From Eledone cirrhosa (Eukaryota): a stretch of 39,258 bases of DNA. Below are positions 11,986 through 22,600 of this stretch, piece after piece. The notes beneath the pieces are model-generated. The model worked only from the letters and a program-made list of their open reading frames with translations, was not told where the DNA came from and made no database searches. The position numbers were made by a program, and so were the translations under genes. The stretch is taken from the NCBI GenBank assembly GCA_964016885.1, contig CAXHJY010001177.1, forward strand, positions 1 to 39,258, written 5' to 3'. Numbering within the stretch: position 1 is the stretch's first letter; every line of letters begins with the position of its first letter.

Positions 11986-12439
11986 AGGAAGCTCCAACCG
12001 TTAAGGTTGTCTTTCCATTTATTAATATATTGTGTATTTACTCCACTAAACTGTTGAGTGCTTTATATCAGTTATAAAAAAATTTCAGCTTGTTGAATCC
12101 CAAAATAGTTGTTGAAACAGCCACAGCTCAGCCGTCGGGGTCCTGAATATTTATCATATATATATACGTATGAGTGTGTGTGTTTTGAGAATTAATAATT
12201 ATATAAACAAGTTTGTAATGAACAATTTATTTCTTATCAAAACTGTATAAACATGATATTATTTACAGTAAGAATAACAATAATAATGATGGTTTCTAGT
12301 AAAGGTGGAAGGCCAGTAATTTGGGGGAGGGGAAAGTTGATTAAATCGAAGAGAGAAAGAAAGAAAAAACAGAACGGGAAGGAGAGGGGATGGCAAGAGG
12401 TCCGGTGTCGCAGGAGAGAGGGGAGGGTGGTTGAGCTTT

Positions 12440-12930
12440 GAGTCTAGGGCAAGAGGGCAGAAATGCTGCGCCCCACGGATAAGACGGCAAAAATATTCTC
12501 GCGGACGATGGCCAGAGATACCCAATGCAACAACCACCCAACCTCGCGGTGTTCCCTCCTCAGATGGGCTGCTGACTCTCCGATCTTTTGGAGGAGCTCG
12601 GCAGTACAAGGTCCAAGTACTCCTGGGGTCTCGACGTTGACTGGTGCAGAGAGGAAGTGGCCGGACAATCCTCGGTATTTGTTTATTTTACGTTCTTCTG
12701 CGAGGTGGGCTGCGATGCCGGGGTTTGTGACCGAAACGACTTGGAAACGAAGTTGTAGGCGGAGATTGTGTCGTAGCTGGTGGTGTCCCAGATGAGGGAC
12801 CTACGTCCTTCGAATGGGAAGAGAGTGATTCCGTCGGGGCGCTTGCCATCTCCGGGACCTGTTGGCCCCAGTTGTGATGGGAAGCCAGCTGCGTCCAGGC
12901 TTCTTCTCAATATGTCGTTGACAACGACGT
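12440..12930 (-). mobile_element. CRE-like non-LTR retrotransposon remnant (restriction-like endonuclease region)
   Basis: GDGKRPDGITLFPFEGRRSLIWDTT..DT (ORF 12683-12910) and PVNVETPGVLGP...WLLHWVSLAIVRENIFAVL (ORF 12444-12668); frameshifted. Confidence 0.7.
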
Positions 12931-13234
12931 GTATCTATTCAATAATTATTTGAATATTGAAATTTTAGGTTTAACTACCTTTTAAACCAAATACATTAAG
13001 AAAGGCATGACCAACACCACATCATTTTTATTTCTATTTTGAAAGTAGGTTTATAAGTATTAAATTTCAGTAGATTCTTATATCCTTCATGGTGGTCTGG
13101 TGGGAGATACGAGAGATGGTGGAGGTTCTGGTCTGGGGTTCAATCCTGCTCAGGAGATACTCTAAGGGGGTTCATACTAAACTTCTTCAGTGTTTCTTAT
13201 CTCTAGAGACAAATATATATACATAAGGTAATCT

Positions 13235-13365
13235 GGTAAAGTTGTTAGAACATCACATAGAATTCTTTGTAGTATTTTTTCCAGTTCTTCAATCTGAGTT
13301 CAACTTTACTTTTCTTCCATTCGGGGTTGATAATAACGTACCAGTCAAATACTAGGGGTTAATTC
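13235..13365 (+). mobile_element. Old SINE copy
   Basis: TCTGAGTTCAACTTTACTTTTCTTCCATTCGGGGTTGATAATAACGTACCAG resembles the core at 1749-1868. Confidence 0.55.
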
Positions 13366-13476
13366 TTCCTCTATATCTCTTTCTCACTCTCTGTCTGTTT
13401 TATTAAGACCTGGAGAGGTGATGTACTCTACCAGGTTTTATAATGAGTGATGGGGTCATACCTGCCTGCTACACCT

Positions 13477-13799
13477 CTGTGTACTAAGTGTAGCATATTA
13501 TATCCTTGTTCAGGGCCTTCCTGACATTACTGTGTACTAAGGGTAGCATTTTATATCCTTGTTCAGGGCCATCTTAACATTGCTGTGTACTAAGTGTAGC
13601 ATATTATATCCTTGTTCGGGGCCTTCCTGACATTAGTGTGTACTGAGTGTAGATTTTAACATCCTTGTTCTGGGCCTTCCTAACATTACTGTGTACTGAG
13701 TGTAGATTTTAACATCTTTGTTCAGAGCCTTCCTTACATTACTGTGTACTAAGTGTAGCATTTCATATACTTGTTCTGGGCCTTCCTAACGTTACTGTG
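13477..13799. repeat. ~53-bp minisatellite, about 6 copies
   Basis: CTGTGTACTAAGTGTAGCAT(A)TTATATCCTTGTTCAGGGCCTTCCTGACATTA repeated. Confidence 0.9.
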
Positions 13800-14580
13800 G
13801 AAATAGTAGTTTATATCCAATATGTAATATAGATATGGATTCTACAGGACTAAAACTCATTAATATGAGGGGTATTAGTAGATTATATGCCATATTTAAT
13901 AGAGAAATGGCTTCTACAAGACTAAAACTCATTAATATGAGGGGTATTACAGTTTATATGCCATATTTAATACAGAAATGGCTTCTAAAGGACTAGAACT
14001 CTTTAAATTGAATAAAATAGTAGTATATATCCTATGTTTAATACAGAAATGCCTTCTAAAGGACTCATTAATATGAGGGTATTAGTAGATTATATAACAT
14101 ATTTAATACAGAAATGGCTTTTAAATTCAGGGACTCGTTAATTTGATGGAAATAGTAGTGTCTATGCAATATTTAATACAGAAATAGCTTCTACAGGACT
14201 AAAACTAATTAATATGAGGGGTATTAGTAGTATATGTGCCATATTTAATACAGAGATGGCTTCTAAATGGAGGTATCTCATTAATTCGATTGAAATGGTA
14301 GTGTATATGCAATATTTAATACAGAAATAGCTTCTACAAGAATAAAACTCATTAATATGAAGGTTATTATTACATTATATGCCATATTTAATACAGAAAT
14401 CGGTTCTAAAGGACTAGAACTCTTTAATTCAAATCAAATAGTAGTATAAAGCAATATTTACTACAGAAATGGCTTCTACAAGACTAAAAATCCTTAATAT
14501 GAGGGGTATTGTTAGATTATATACCATATTTAATACAGAAATGGCTTCTAAATGAAGAAATCTCTTTAATTCGATAGTAA
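13800..14580. repeat. ~71-bp AT-rich minisatellite, about 11 copies
   Basis: ATTTAATACAGAAATGGCTTCTA...AAAACTCATTAATATGAGGGGTATT recurring at about 71-bp spacing. Confidence 0.9.
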
Positions 14581-15233
14581 TAGTAATAATAATAATAGTA
14601 ATAGTAATAATACAGCCAATTTTCCACGCAATACTTTTAGTTAGCACCCCGAACGCATAATTGGGAATATAATCACTTATTTCCTAATGTTTGTTGAGTG
14701 AGTTGGGAAAAAAAACTTGGGAAATATATTTTCAGGGTCTCAAAATCTTAAAGAGAAAAAAAAGTCCTGTGGAAGGTAGCAAAACAATTAGGAAGAAAAT
14801 GGTTTGAAGTTGGTTGGTGAGTATAAGATTACAGTATCTTGTTGATTTCTATAAAGTTTACTTTTAACTGAATTGGTAAAAATGGATAAATTAGAAGACA
14901 CAATATAATAACTAATATTGTCTTCTAAAACAGGGAATAAAAATATGTTGGTGTATTGGGGGGGGGGGGGGGGGTAAACATGTGAGTTAATGGGAATGTT
15001 TTTGTTTGTTTTTATTGAAACATATTCAATCTACAGATAGGTTGTTATAGTTATTTAGTCTCGGGTCTGCCATTATCTGCAGATTTATAATTGAGGGGTG
15101 TTCCAGGTGTGACCACCCTACATTATTCCTAGAGATTGTTACTCCTTCATTCTTCAGTCATCTTGGTCTTCTTATGAGATGGTGGTGTAGTCTTATTTAT
15201 TGTTAAGGTTATGGTCTTCCTTTGTCCACACTC

Positions 15234-15271
<38 letters not shown>

Positions 15272-15609
15272 AAAGGCTTCCTTCTCTGGAAAAAGATGAT
15301 TTAATATTCACAACCATCTGTCTAATTGTTTTCTGATGAGAATAAAGTTAATCTTGCTTGTATGTCTACCTGATCAAATGACTGGCTGATATCTTGAAGT
15401 CATTTACACCACAGAACTGTAGGAGTCTTGATCCCTCAAGCCATACCTCTAGCCATCATGTACTCCAAAAGAGTTTCACCTTGGTGCTACTCAACATGTC
15501 CATTAAATTTAGCAGCAAGGATGCCCTCTTCTTAGTGAGAGACAACTACAAGAGAGGTTCTTAGAGAAGAATAAGCCACTATAGTTAACTTTTGTTGACA
15601 TAGAGAACC

Positions 15610-16300
15610 CCGATCTGTCATCTGGTGGTCCTTAAGGAAACTAGGTGTAGGGGAATGGCTTGTGAGGACAGTGCAAGCTATGTACAAGGGTGCTGTCAGT
15701 AAAGTGAGAGGAGGAATTCCAGAAACAAAGTAGGTGTACATCAGGGTTCGGTCCTCAGTCCGCTCTTGTTCATTATAGTCCTCCCTCCCTCCCTCCCTCC
15801 CTCCCTCCAAGCCATAACAGAGGAGGAGTAGTTTAAGACTGGATGCCCATGGGAACTTCTCTATGCTGACGATCTGGTTCTTATAGCAGAATCAGTAGAG
15901 GAGCTAGCTAGAGAATAAATTCTGGCTATGGAAACAGCAGTAGTTGGAATCAAGAAGACTGAGAGTGAACCTAGCTAAGACAAAAGTGTTTATAAGTAGA
16001 AGAGAGGACAAAACTCTGATTCTGTCAGGGAAATGGCCATGTTCGATATGTAGGAAAGGAGTTGGCATAAATTCTATGAAATGTAGTACGCAATGCAGAT
16101 CTTGGCTACACAAGAGATGTAGTGGGATAGCAGGAAAACTGACTGACAGGTAGGGAGAAATACGTATGCAGTAGATGTACAGGGAAATTTGACAGAGATT
16201 GCAGTGATAGACACATTTTTCAAATGCAGGTGGGATCTATAGAGGGAGTTGATAGCTTCTGATACCTAGGTGATCAGATTAGTAAGGGAGGAGGGTGATA
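15610..16300 (+). mobile_element. Decayed RTE-type RT core
   Basis: WSLRKLGVGEWLVRTVQAMY, VGVHQGSVLSPLLFIIV, GCPWELLYADDLVLIAES, LRVNLAKTKV, Cys-rich CSIC..HKRC; frameshifts and a (CCCT)n insertion. Confidence 0.85.
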
Positions 16301-16632
16301 TAAAATATATTGTTATCATGACTGTCTTTATTATTTAAATTACCTCTGTCTATTTACAGATTTTACAGAGTGTACTGGGTGCTTTTATGATGGGAGCAGC
16401 AACTCTATACGATTTTACAGAGTGTACTTGGTGCTTTTATCATGGCACATGGCAGCAGCAGCAGCAGCAACTACGATTTTACAGAGTGTACTTGGTGCTT
16501 TTTACTCTGACATCAGCACTGAGGAAGTTGTCATATTTTCAGCTAAATTAATGAGTAGAAAAACCAAGTTTCTGCTACAAAAAATTCTCAGATTCAAGGG
16601 AGACATTCAGTTTAAGTATGGTATACTGTCAC

Positions 16633-16800
16633 TAAGGCAGCAAATTGGCAGAGTCGCTAGAATATCAGATAGCATTCTTTACATTATTTGTTTCAGCTCT
16701 CTGTTCTCTCAATTCAAATCCTGCTCAGGTCAACTTTGCCTTTCATCCATACAAAATAGATTAATAAAAGTACCAGTGTATTACTGGGGTCAATTCTTCT
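16633..16800 (+). mobile_element. Old SINE copy
   Basis: TTGGCAGAGTCGCTAG (A-box-like) ... TTCAAATCCTGCTCAGGTCAACTTTGCCTTTCATCC ... AAGTACCAGTGTATTACTGGGGTC. Confidence 0.65.
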
Positions 16801-16826
16801 TCTAACTCTTCTGCACTTCCATTCTC

Positions 16827-16865
<39 letters not shown>

Positions 16866-17134
16866 GCTTCTTTAGAACACATCTGCTGTATTCAGACCTG
16901 GAGCGGAGATGGGCTCCACCAAGTTTTAAAAATTGCCCTTTAAGCGCTGTATGTCAATATGGTGCCCCTATGATTCCCTCCCTCAGGAGTTATGGGACCA
17001 TAGATACTGTCAATTGTAAAGAATAACAGAGATATTCAGTGCTAGTGTGGTGTTCTGTCAGTTGTGGAGATTGATGAATCTAAACAGAAATATCAACAGC
17101 ACTTTTCATTTCTGAGTAACACATTTGTTACCAA

Positions 17135-17290
17135 GTGCTGCATGGCTGGAATGAAAATCAGTGCTGTGAAAACCAAGACATTCATCCTCTCAAGGAAGCT
17201 TGTGCAGTGCACTCTACATGTAAATGGAGTCCCACTGAAGCAGGTAGAAAAGTTCATGTATCTCGAAGCTGTGTTCACGAGTGATGACAG
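17135..17290 (+). mobile_element. Short LINE RT fragment
   Basis: AGMKISAVKTKTFILSRK...VNGVPLKQVEKFMYL..VFTSD in ORF 17064-17333. Confidence 0.65.
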
Positions 17291-17424
17291 AGACGGCAAA
17301 GGCACAACACACAACAGAAGAAAAGAACAATGACAATTATTATTATTATTATTATTATTATTTGTTTTATTAGTTTTATTATAATAAAAATTGTGCTGTT
17401 AGTTTGCTTGCTATACCATCATGT

Positions 17425-17518
17425 ACCCTAACCCTAAACCTAACCCCAACTCCAACTCTGACCCTAAACCTAACCCCAACCCTAACCCCAACCCTAACCC
17501 TAACCCTAACCCTAACCC
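17425..17518. repeat. Interstitial telomere-like tract (CCCTAA)n with variants
   Basis: About 15 hexamers CCCTAA/CCCCAA/ACCTAA. Confidence 0.9.
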
Positions 17519-19133
17519 ACGATAGAAGACGTTCGTTACCGCTGGAGCAACGCAAATTACTCCTCGGTTGACGCCAAAAACGAACGCCTTCTCGACGGCT
17601 AGCCGCATTTCGTGATCCGCCTTTCGATTGCGCTTCCGTCGCGGAAAAAGAATTGCCTTTATAGGCCGCCGCCGCCGCCCGACCGGACCCACGATAGAAG
17701 ACGTTCGTTACCGCTGGAGCAACGCAAATTACTCCTCGGTTGACGCCAAAAACGAACGCCTTCTCGACGGCTAGCCGCATTTCGTGATCCGCCTTTCGAT
17801 TGCGCTTCCGTCGCGGAAAAAGAATTGCCTTTATAGGCCGCCGCCGCCCGACCGGACCCACGATAGAAGACGTTCGTTACCGCTGGAGCAACGCAAATTA
17901 CTCCTCGGTTGACGCCAAAAACGAACGCCTTCTCGACGGCTAGCCGCATTTCGTGATCCGCCTTTCGATTGCGCTTCCGTCGCGGAAAAAGAATTGCCTT
18001 TATAGGCCGCCGCCGCCGCCCGACCGGACCCACGATAGAAGACGTTCGTTACCGCTGGAGCAACGCAAATTACTCCTCGGTTGACGCCAAAAACGAACGC
18101 CTTCTCGACGGCTAGCCGCATTTCGTGATCCGCCTTTCGATTGCGCTTCCGTCGCGGAAAAAGAATTGCCTTTATAGGCCGCCGCCGCCCGACCGGACCC
18201 ACGATAGAAGACGTTCGTTACCGCTGGAGCAACGCAAATTACTCCTCGGTTGACGCCAAAAACGAACGCCTTCTCGACGGCTAGCCGCATTTCGTGATCC
18301 GCCTTTCGATTGCGCTTCCGTCGCGGAAAAAGAATTGCCTTTATAGGCCGCCGCCGCCGCCCGACCGGACCCACGATAGAAGACGTTCGTTACCGCTGGA
18401 GCAACGCAAATTACTCCTCGGTTGACGCCAAAAACGAACGCCTTCTCGACGGCTAGCCGCATTTCGTGATCCGCCTTTCGATTGCGCTTCCGTCGCGGAA
18501 AAAGAATTGCCTTTATAGGCCGCCGCCGCCGCCCGACCGGACCCACGATAGAAGACGTTCGTTACCGCTGGAGCAACGCAAATTACTCCTCGGTTGACGC
18601 CAAAAACGAACGCCTTCTCGACGGCTAGCCGCATTTCGTGATCCGCCTTTCGATTGCGCTTCCGTCGCGGAAAAAGAATTGCCTTTATAGGCCGCCGCCG
18701 CCGCCCGACCGGACCCACGATAGAAGACGTTCGTTACCGCTGGAGCAACGCAAATTACTCCTCGGTTGACGCCAAAAACGAACGCCTTCTCGACGGCTAG
18801 CCGCATTTCGTGATCCGCCTTTCGATTGCGCTTCCGTCGCGGAAAAAGAATTGCCTTTATAGGCCGCCGCCGCCGCCCGACCGGACCCACGATAGAAGAC
18901 GTTCGTTACCGCTGGAGCAACGCAAATTACTCCTCGGTTGACGCCAAAAACGAACGCCTTCTCGACGGCTAGCCGCATTTCGTGATCCGCCTTTCGATTG
19001 CGCTTCCGTCGCGGAAAAAGAATTGCCTTTATAGGCCGCCGCCGCCGCCCGACCGGACCCACGATAGAAGACGTTCGTTACCGCTGGAGCAACGCAAATT
19101 ACTCCTCGGTTGACGCCAAAAACGAACGCCTTC
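17516..19133 (+). repeat. 172/169-bp CpG-rich tandem array (9 full units + partial), probable rDNA spacer/ETS derivative
   Basis: Unit starts at 17516, 17688, 17857, 18029, 18198, 18370, 18542, 18714, 18886, 19058; units differ in GCC count; lies directly upstream of an 18S 5' end. Confidence 0.9.
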
Positions 19134-19490
19134 CGGTTCGGGCGACGTAAAAGTCTGTAGCCTTTTCGCCGATCCTCGACGATTATCCGCCTTCCGAACA
19201 ACCGCCTTTCCGCCGTCACAGCAGTAGGTACTCGTCCGTCGTAATAGCCGTCATTTTAATGCAGGAGAAACGCCTAAATGCACTGCGATTGACGACGATC
19301 TACGACGCGCTTACTCTTCCTTGCTGCGACGAAGGTTTCGTTCGGCTTTTCGTCGTGGACCCGGTCAGGTCATGCCGCTGATCTCGCGTTGCGTCGTTAC
19401 CGCTGGAGCAACGCAAATTACTCCTCGTTTAACGCCAACATCGAACGCGCTTCGGTTCTCGGTCGTCGTTGTTTTGTTTCGTGCGGAAGA
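19134..19490 (+). other. 5'ETS-like leader
   Basis: CpG-rich sequence abutting the 18S start; homologous to 10780-11250; identity inferred from position. Confidence 0.55.
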
Positions 19491-19676
19491 TACCTGGGTG
19501 ATCCTGCCAGTAGTCATATGCTTGTCTCAAAGCTTAAGCCATGCAAGTGGAAGTTCATGCCGTAAACGAAAATGGTGAAACCGCGAATGGCTCAGGAACC
19601 GGATCTAATCCTCGGGACCGTATTCCTCACCGCGAGGAGAGGATAACTGTGGCAATTCTAGAGCTAATACATGCAA
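19491..19676 (+). rRNA. 18S rRNA 5' fragment (pseudogene)
   Basis: TACCTGGGTGATCCTGCCAGTAGTCATATGCTTGTCTCAAAGCTTAAGCCATGC...GGTGAAACCGCGAATGGCTCA...GGATAACTGTGGCAATTCTAGAGCTAATACATGC matches the eukaryotic 18S start; colinearity ends there. Confidence 0.93.
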
Positions 19677-19683
19677 TTGAGAT

Positions 19684-22600
19684 CGGAGAGGGAGCGATCC
19701 GTCTGCTTGATTCCGATAACGAACGAGACATTCGTATCCGAAAGAACGTTTGTCTGGAAACTGGTGAGTCAGTGAGTCGAAAAAAAAATATCTCGGTGGT
19801 AGTAGCAAATATTCGAACGAGACATTCGTATGCGAAAGAACGTTTGTCGGTGGTAGTAGCAAATATTCGAACGAGACATTCGTATGCGAAAGAACGTTTG
19901 TCTGGAAGTGGCGATCCATGCCCGGTGGATAGTTGGTTCCGGGTTTTACTATGATTGTTGCAAAACAGAAACTTAAAGGGATTGACAGAATTTGCGATTC
20001 CGGAGAGGGGGCGATCCGTCTGCTTGATTCCGATAACGAACGAGACATTCGTATCCGAAAGAACGTTTGTCTGGAAACTGGTGAGTCAGTGAGTCGAAAA
20101 AAAAAATATCTCGGTGGTAGTAGCAAATATTCGAACGAGACATTCGTATGCGAAAGAACGTTTGTCGGTGGTAGTAGCAAATATTCGAACGAGACATTCG
20201 TATGCGAAAGAACGTTTGTCTGGAAGTGGCGATCCATGCTCGGTGGATAGTTGGTTCCGGGTTTTACTATGATTGTTGCAAAACAGAAACTTAAAGGGAT
20301 TGACAGAATTTGCGATTCCGGAGAGAGGGCGATCCGTCTGCTTGATTCCGATAACGAACGAGACATTCGTATCCGAAAGAACGTTTGTCTGGAAACTGGT
20401 GAGTCAGTGAGTCGAAAAAAAAATATCTCGGTGGTAGTAGCAAATATTCGTATGCGAAAGAAAAGATCTCGGTGGTAGTAGCAAATATTCGAACGAGACA
20501 TTCGTAGGCGAAAGAAAAATATCTCGGTGGTAGTAGCAAATATTCGAACGAGACATTCGTATGCGAAAGAACGTTTGTCGGTGGTAGTAGCAAATATTCG
20601 AACGAGACATTCGTATGCGAAAGAACGTTTGTCTGGAAGTGGCGATCCATGCTCGGTGGATAGTTGGTTCCGGGTTTTACTATGATTGTTGCAAAACAGA
20701 AACTTAAAGGGATTGACAGAATTTGCGATTCCGGAGAGAGGGCGATCCGTCTGCTTGATTCCGATAACGAACGAGACATTCGTATCCGAAAGAACGTTTG
20801 TCTGGAAACTGGTGAGTCAGTGAGTCGAAAAAAAAATATCTCGGTGGTAGTAGCAAATATTCGTATGCGAAAGAAAAGATCTCGGTGGTAGTAGCAAATA
20901 TTCGAACGAGACATTCGTAGGCGAAAGAAAAATATCTCGGTGGTAGTAGCAAATATTCGAACGAGACATTCGTATTCGAAAGAACGTTTGTCTGGAAGTT
21001 GCGATCCATGCCCTGTGGATAGTTGGTTCCGGGTTTTACTATGATTGTTGCAAAACAGAAACTTAAAGGGATTGACAGAATTTGCGATTCCGGAGAGGGG
21101 GCAATCCGTCTGCTTGATTCCGATAACGAACGAGACATTCGTATCCGAAAGAACGTTTGTCTGGAAACTGGTGAGTCAGTGAGTCGAAAAAAAAAATATC
21201 TCGGTGGTAGTAGCAAATATTCGAACGAGACATTCGTATGCGAAAGAACGTGTGTCGGTGGTAGTAGCAAATATTCGAACGAGACATTCGTATGCGAAAG
21301 AACGTTTGTCTGGAAGTGGCGATCCATGCTCGGTGGATAGTTGGTTCCGGGTTTTACTATGATTGTTGCAAAACAAAAACTTAAAGGGATTGACAGAATT
21401 TGCGATTCCGGAGAGAGGGCGATCCGTCTGCTTGATTCCGATAACGAACGAGACATTCGTATCCGAAAGAACGTTTGTCTGGAAACTGGTGAGTCAGTGA
21501 GTCGAAAAAAAAATATCTCGGTGGTAGTAGCAAATATTCGAACGAGACATTCGTATGCGAAAGAACGTTTGTCGGTGGTAGTAGCAAATATTCGAACGAG
21601 ACATTCGTATGCGAAAGAACGTTTGTCTGGAAGTGGCGATCCATGCCCGGTGGATAGTTGGTTCCGGGTTTTACTATGATTGTTGCAAAACAGAAACTTA
21701 AAGGGATTGACAGAATTTGCGATTACGGAGAGGGGGCGATCCGTCTGCTTGATTCCGATAACGAACGAGACATTCGTATCCGAAAGAACGTTTGTCTGGA
21801 AACTGGTGAGTCAGTGAGTCGAAAAAAAAATATCTCGGTGGTAGTGGCAAATATTCGAACGAGACATTCGTATGCGAAAGAACGTTTGTCGGTGGTAGTA
21901 GCAAATATTCGAACGAGACATTCGTATGCGAAAGAACGTTTGTCTGGAAGTGGCGATCCATGCCCGGTGGATAGTTGGTTCCGGGTTTTACTATGATTGT
22001 TGCAAAACAGAAACTTAAAGGGATTGACAGAATTTGCGATTACGGAGAGGGGGCGATCCGTCTGCTTGATTCCGATAACGAACGAGACATTCGTATCCGA
22101 AAGAACGTTTGTCTGGAAACTGGTGAGTCAGTGAGTCGAAAAAAAAAATATCTCGGTGGTAGTAGCAAATATTCGAACGAGACATTCGTATGCGAAAGAA
22201 CGTTTGTCGGTGGTAGTAGCAAATATTCGAACGAGACATTCGTATGCGAAAGAACGTTTGTCGGTGGTAGTAGCAAATATTCGAACGAGACATTCGTATG
22301 CGAAAGAACGTTTGTCTGGAAGTGGCGATCCATGCTCGGTGGATAGTTGGTTCCGGGTTTTACTATGATTGTTGCAAAACAAAAACTTAAAGGGATTGAC
22401 AGAATTTGCGATTCCGGAGAGAGGGCGATCCGTCTGCTTGATTCCGATAACGAACGAGACATTCGTATCCGAAAGAACGTTTGTCTGGAAACTGGTGAGT
22501 CAGTGAGTCGAAAAAAAAATATCTCGGTGGTAGTAGCAAATATTCGAACGAGACATTCGTATGCGAAAGAACGTTTGTCGGTGGTAGTAGCAAATATTCG

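Noticed and set aside
17425-17518. True chromosome end
   Set aside because: Tracts are short, degenerate and internal.
17520-17590. Hammerhead ribozyme in the hairpin module
   Set aside because: No CTGANGA...GAAA core found on either strand of the unit.
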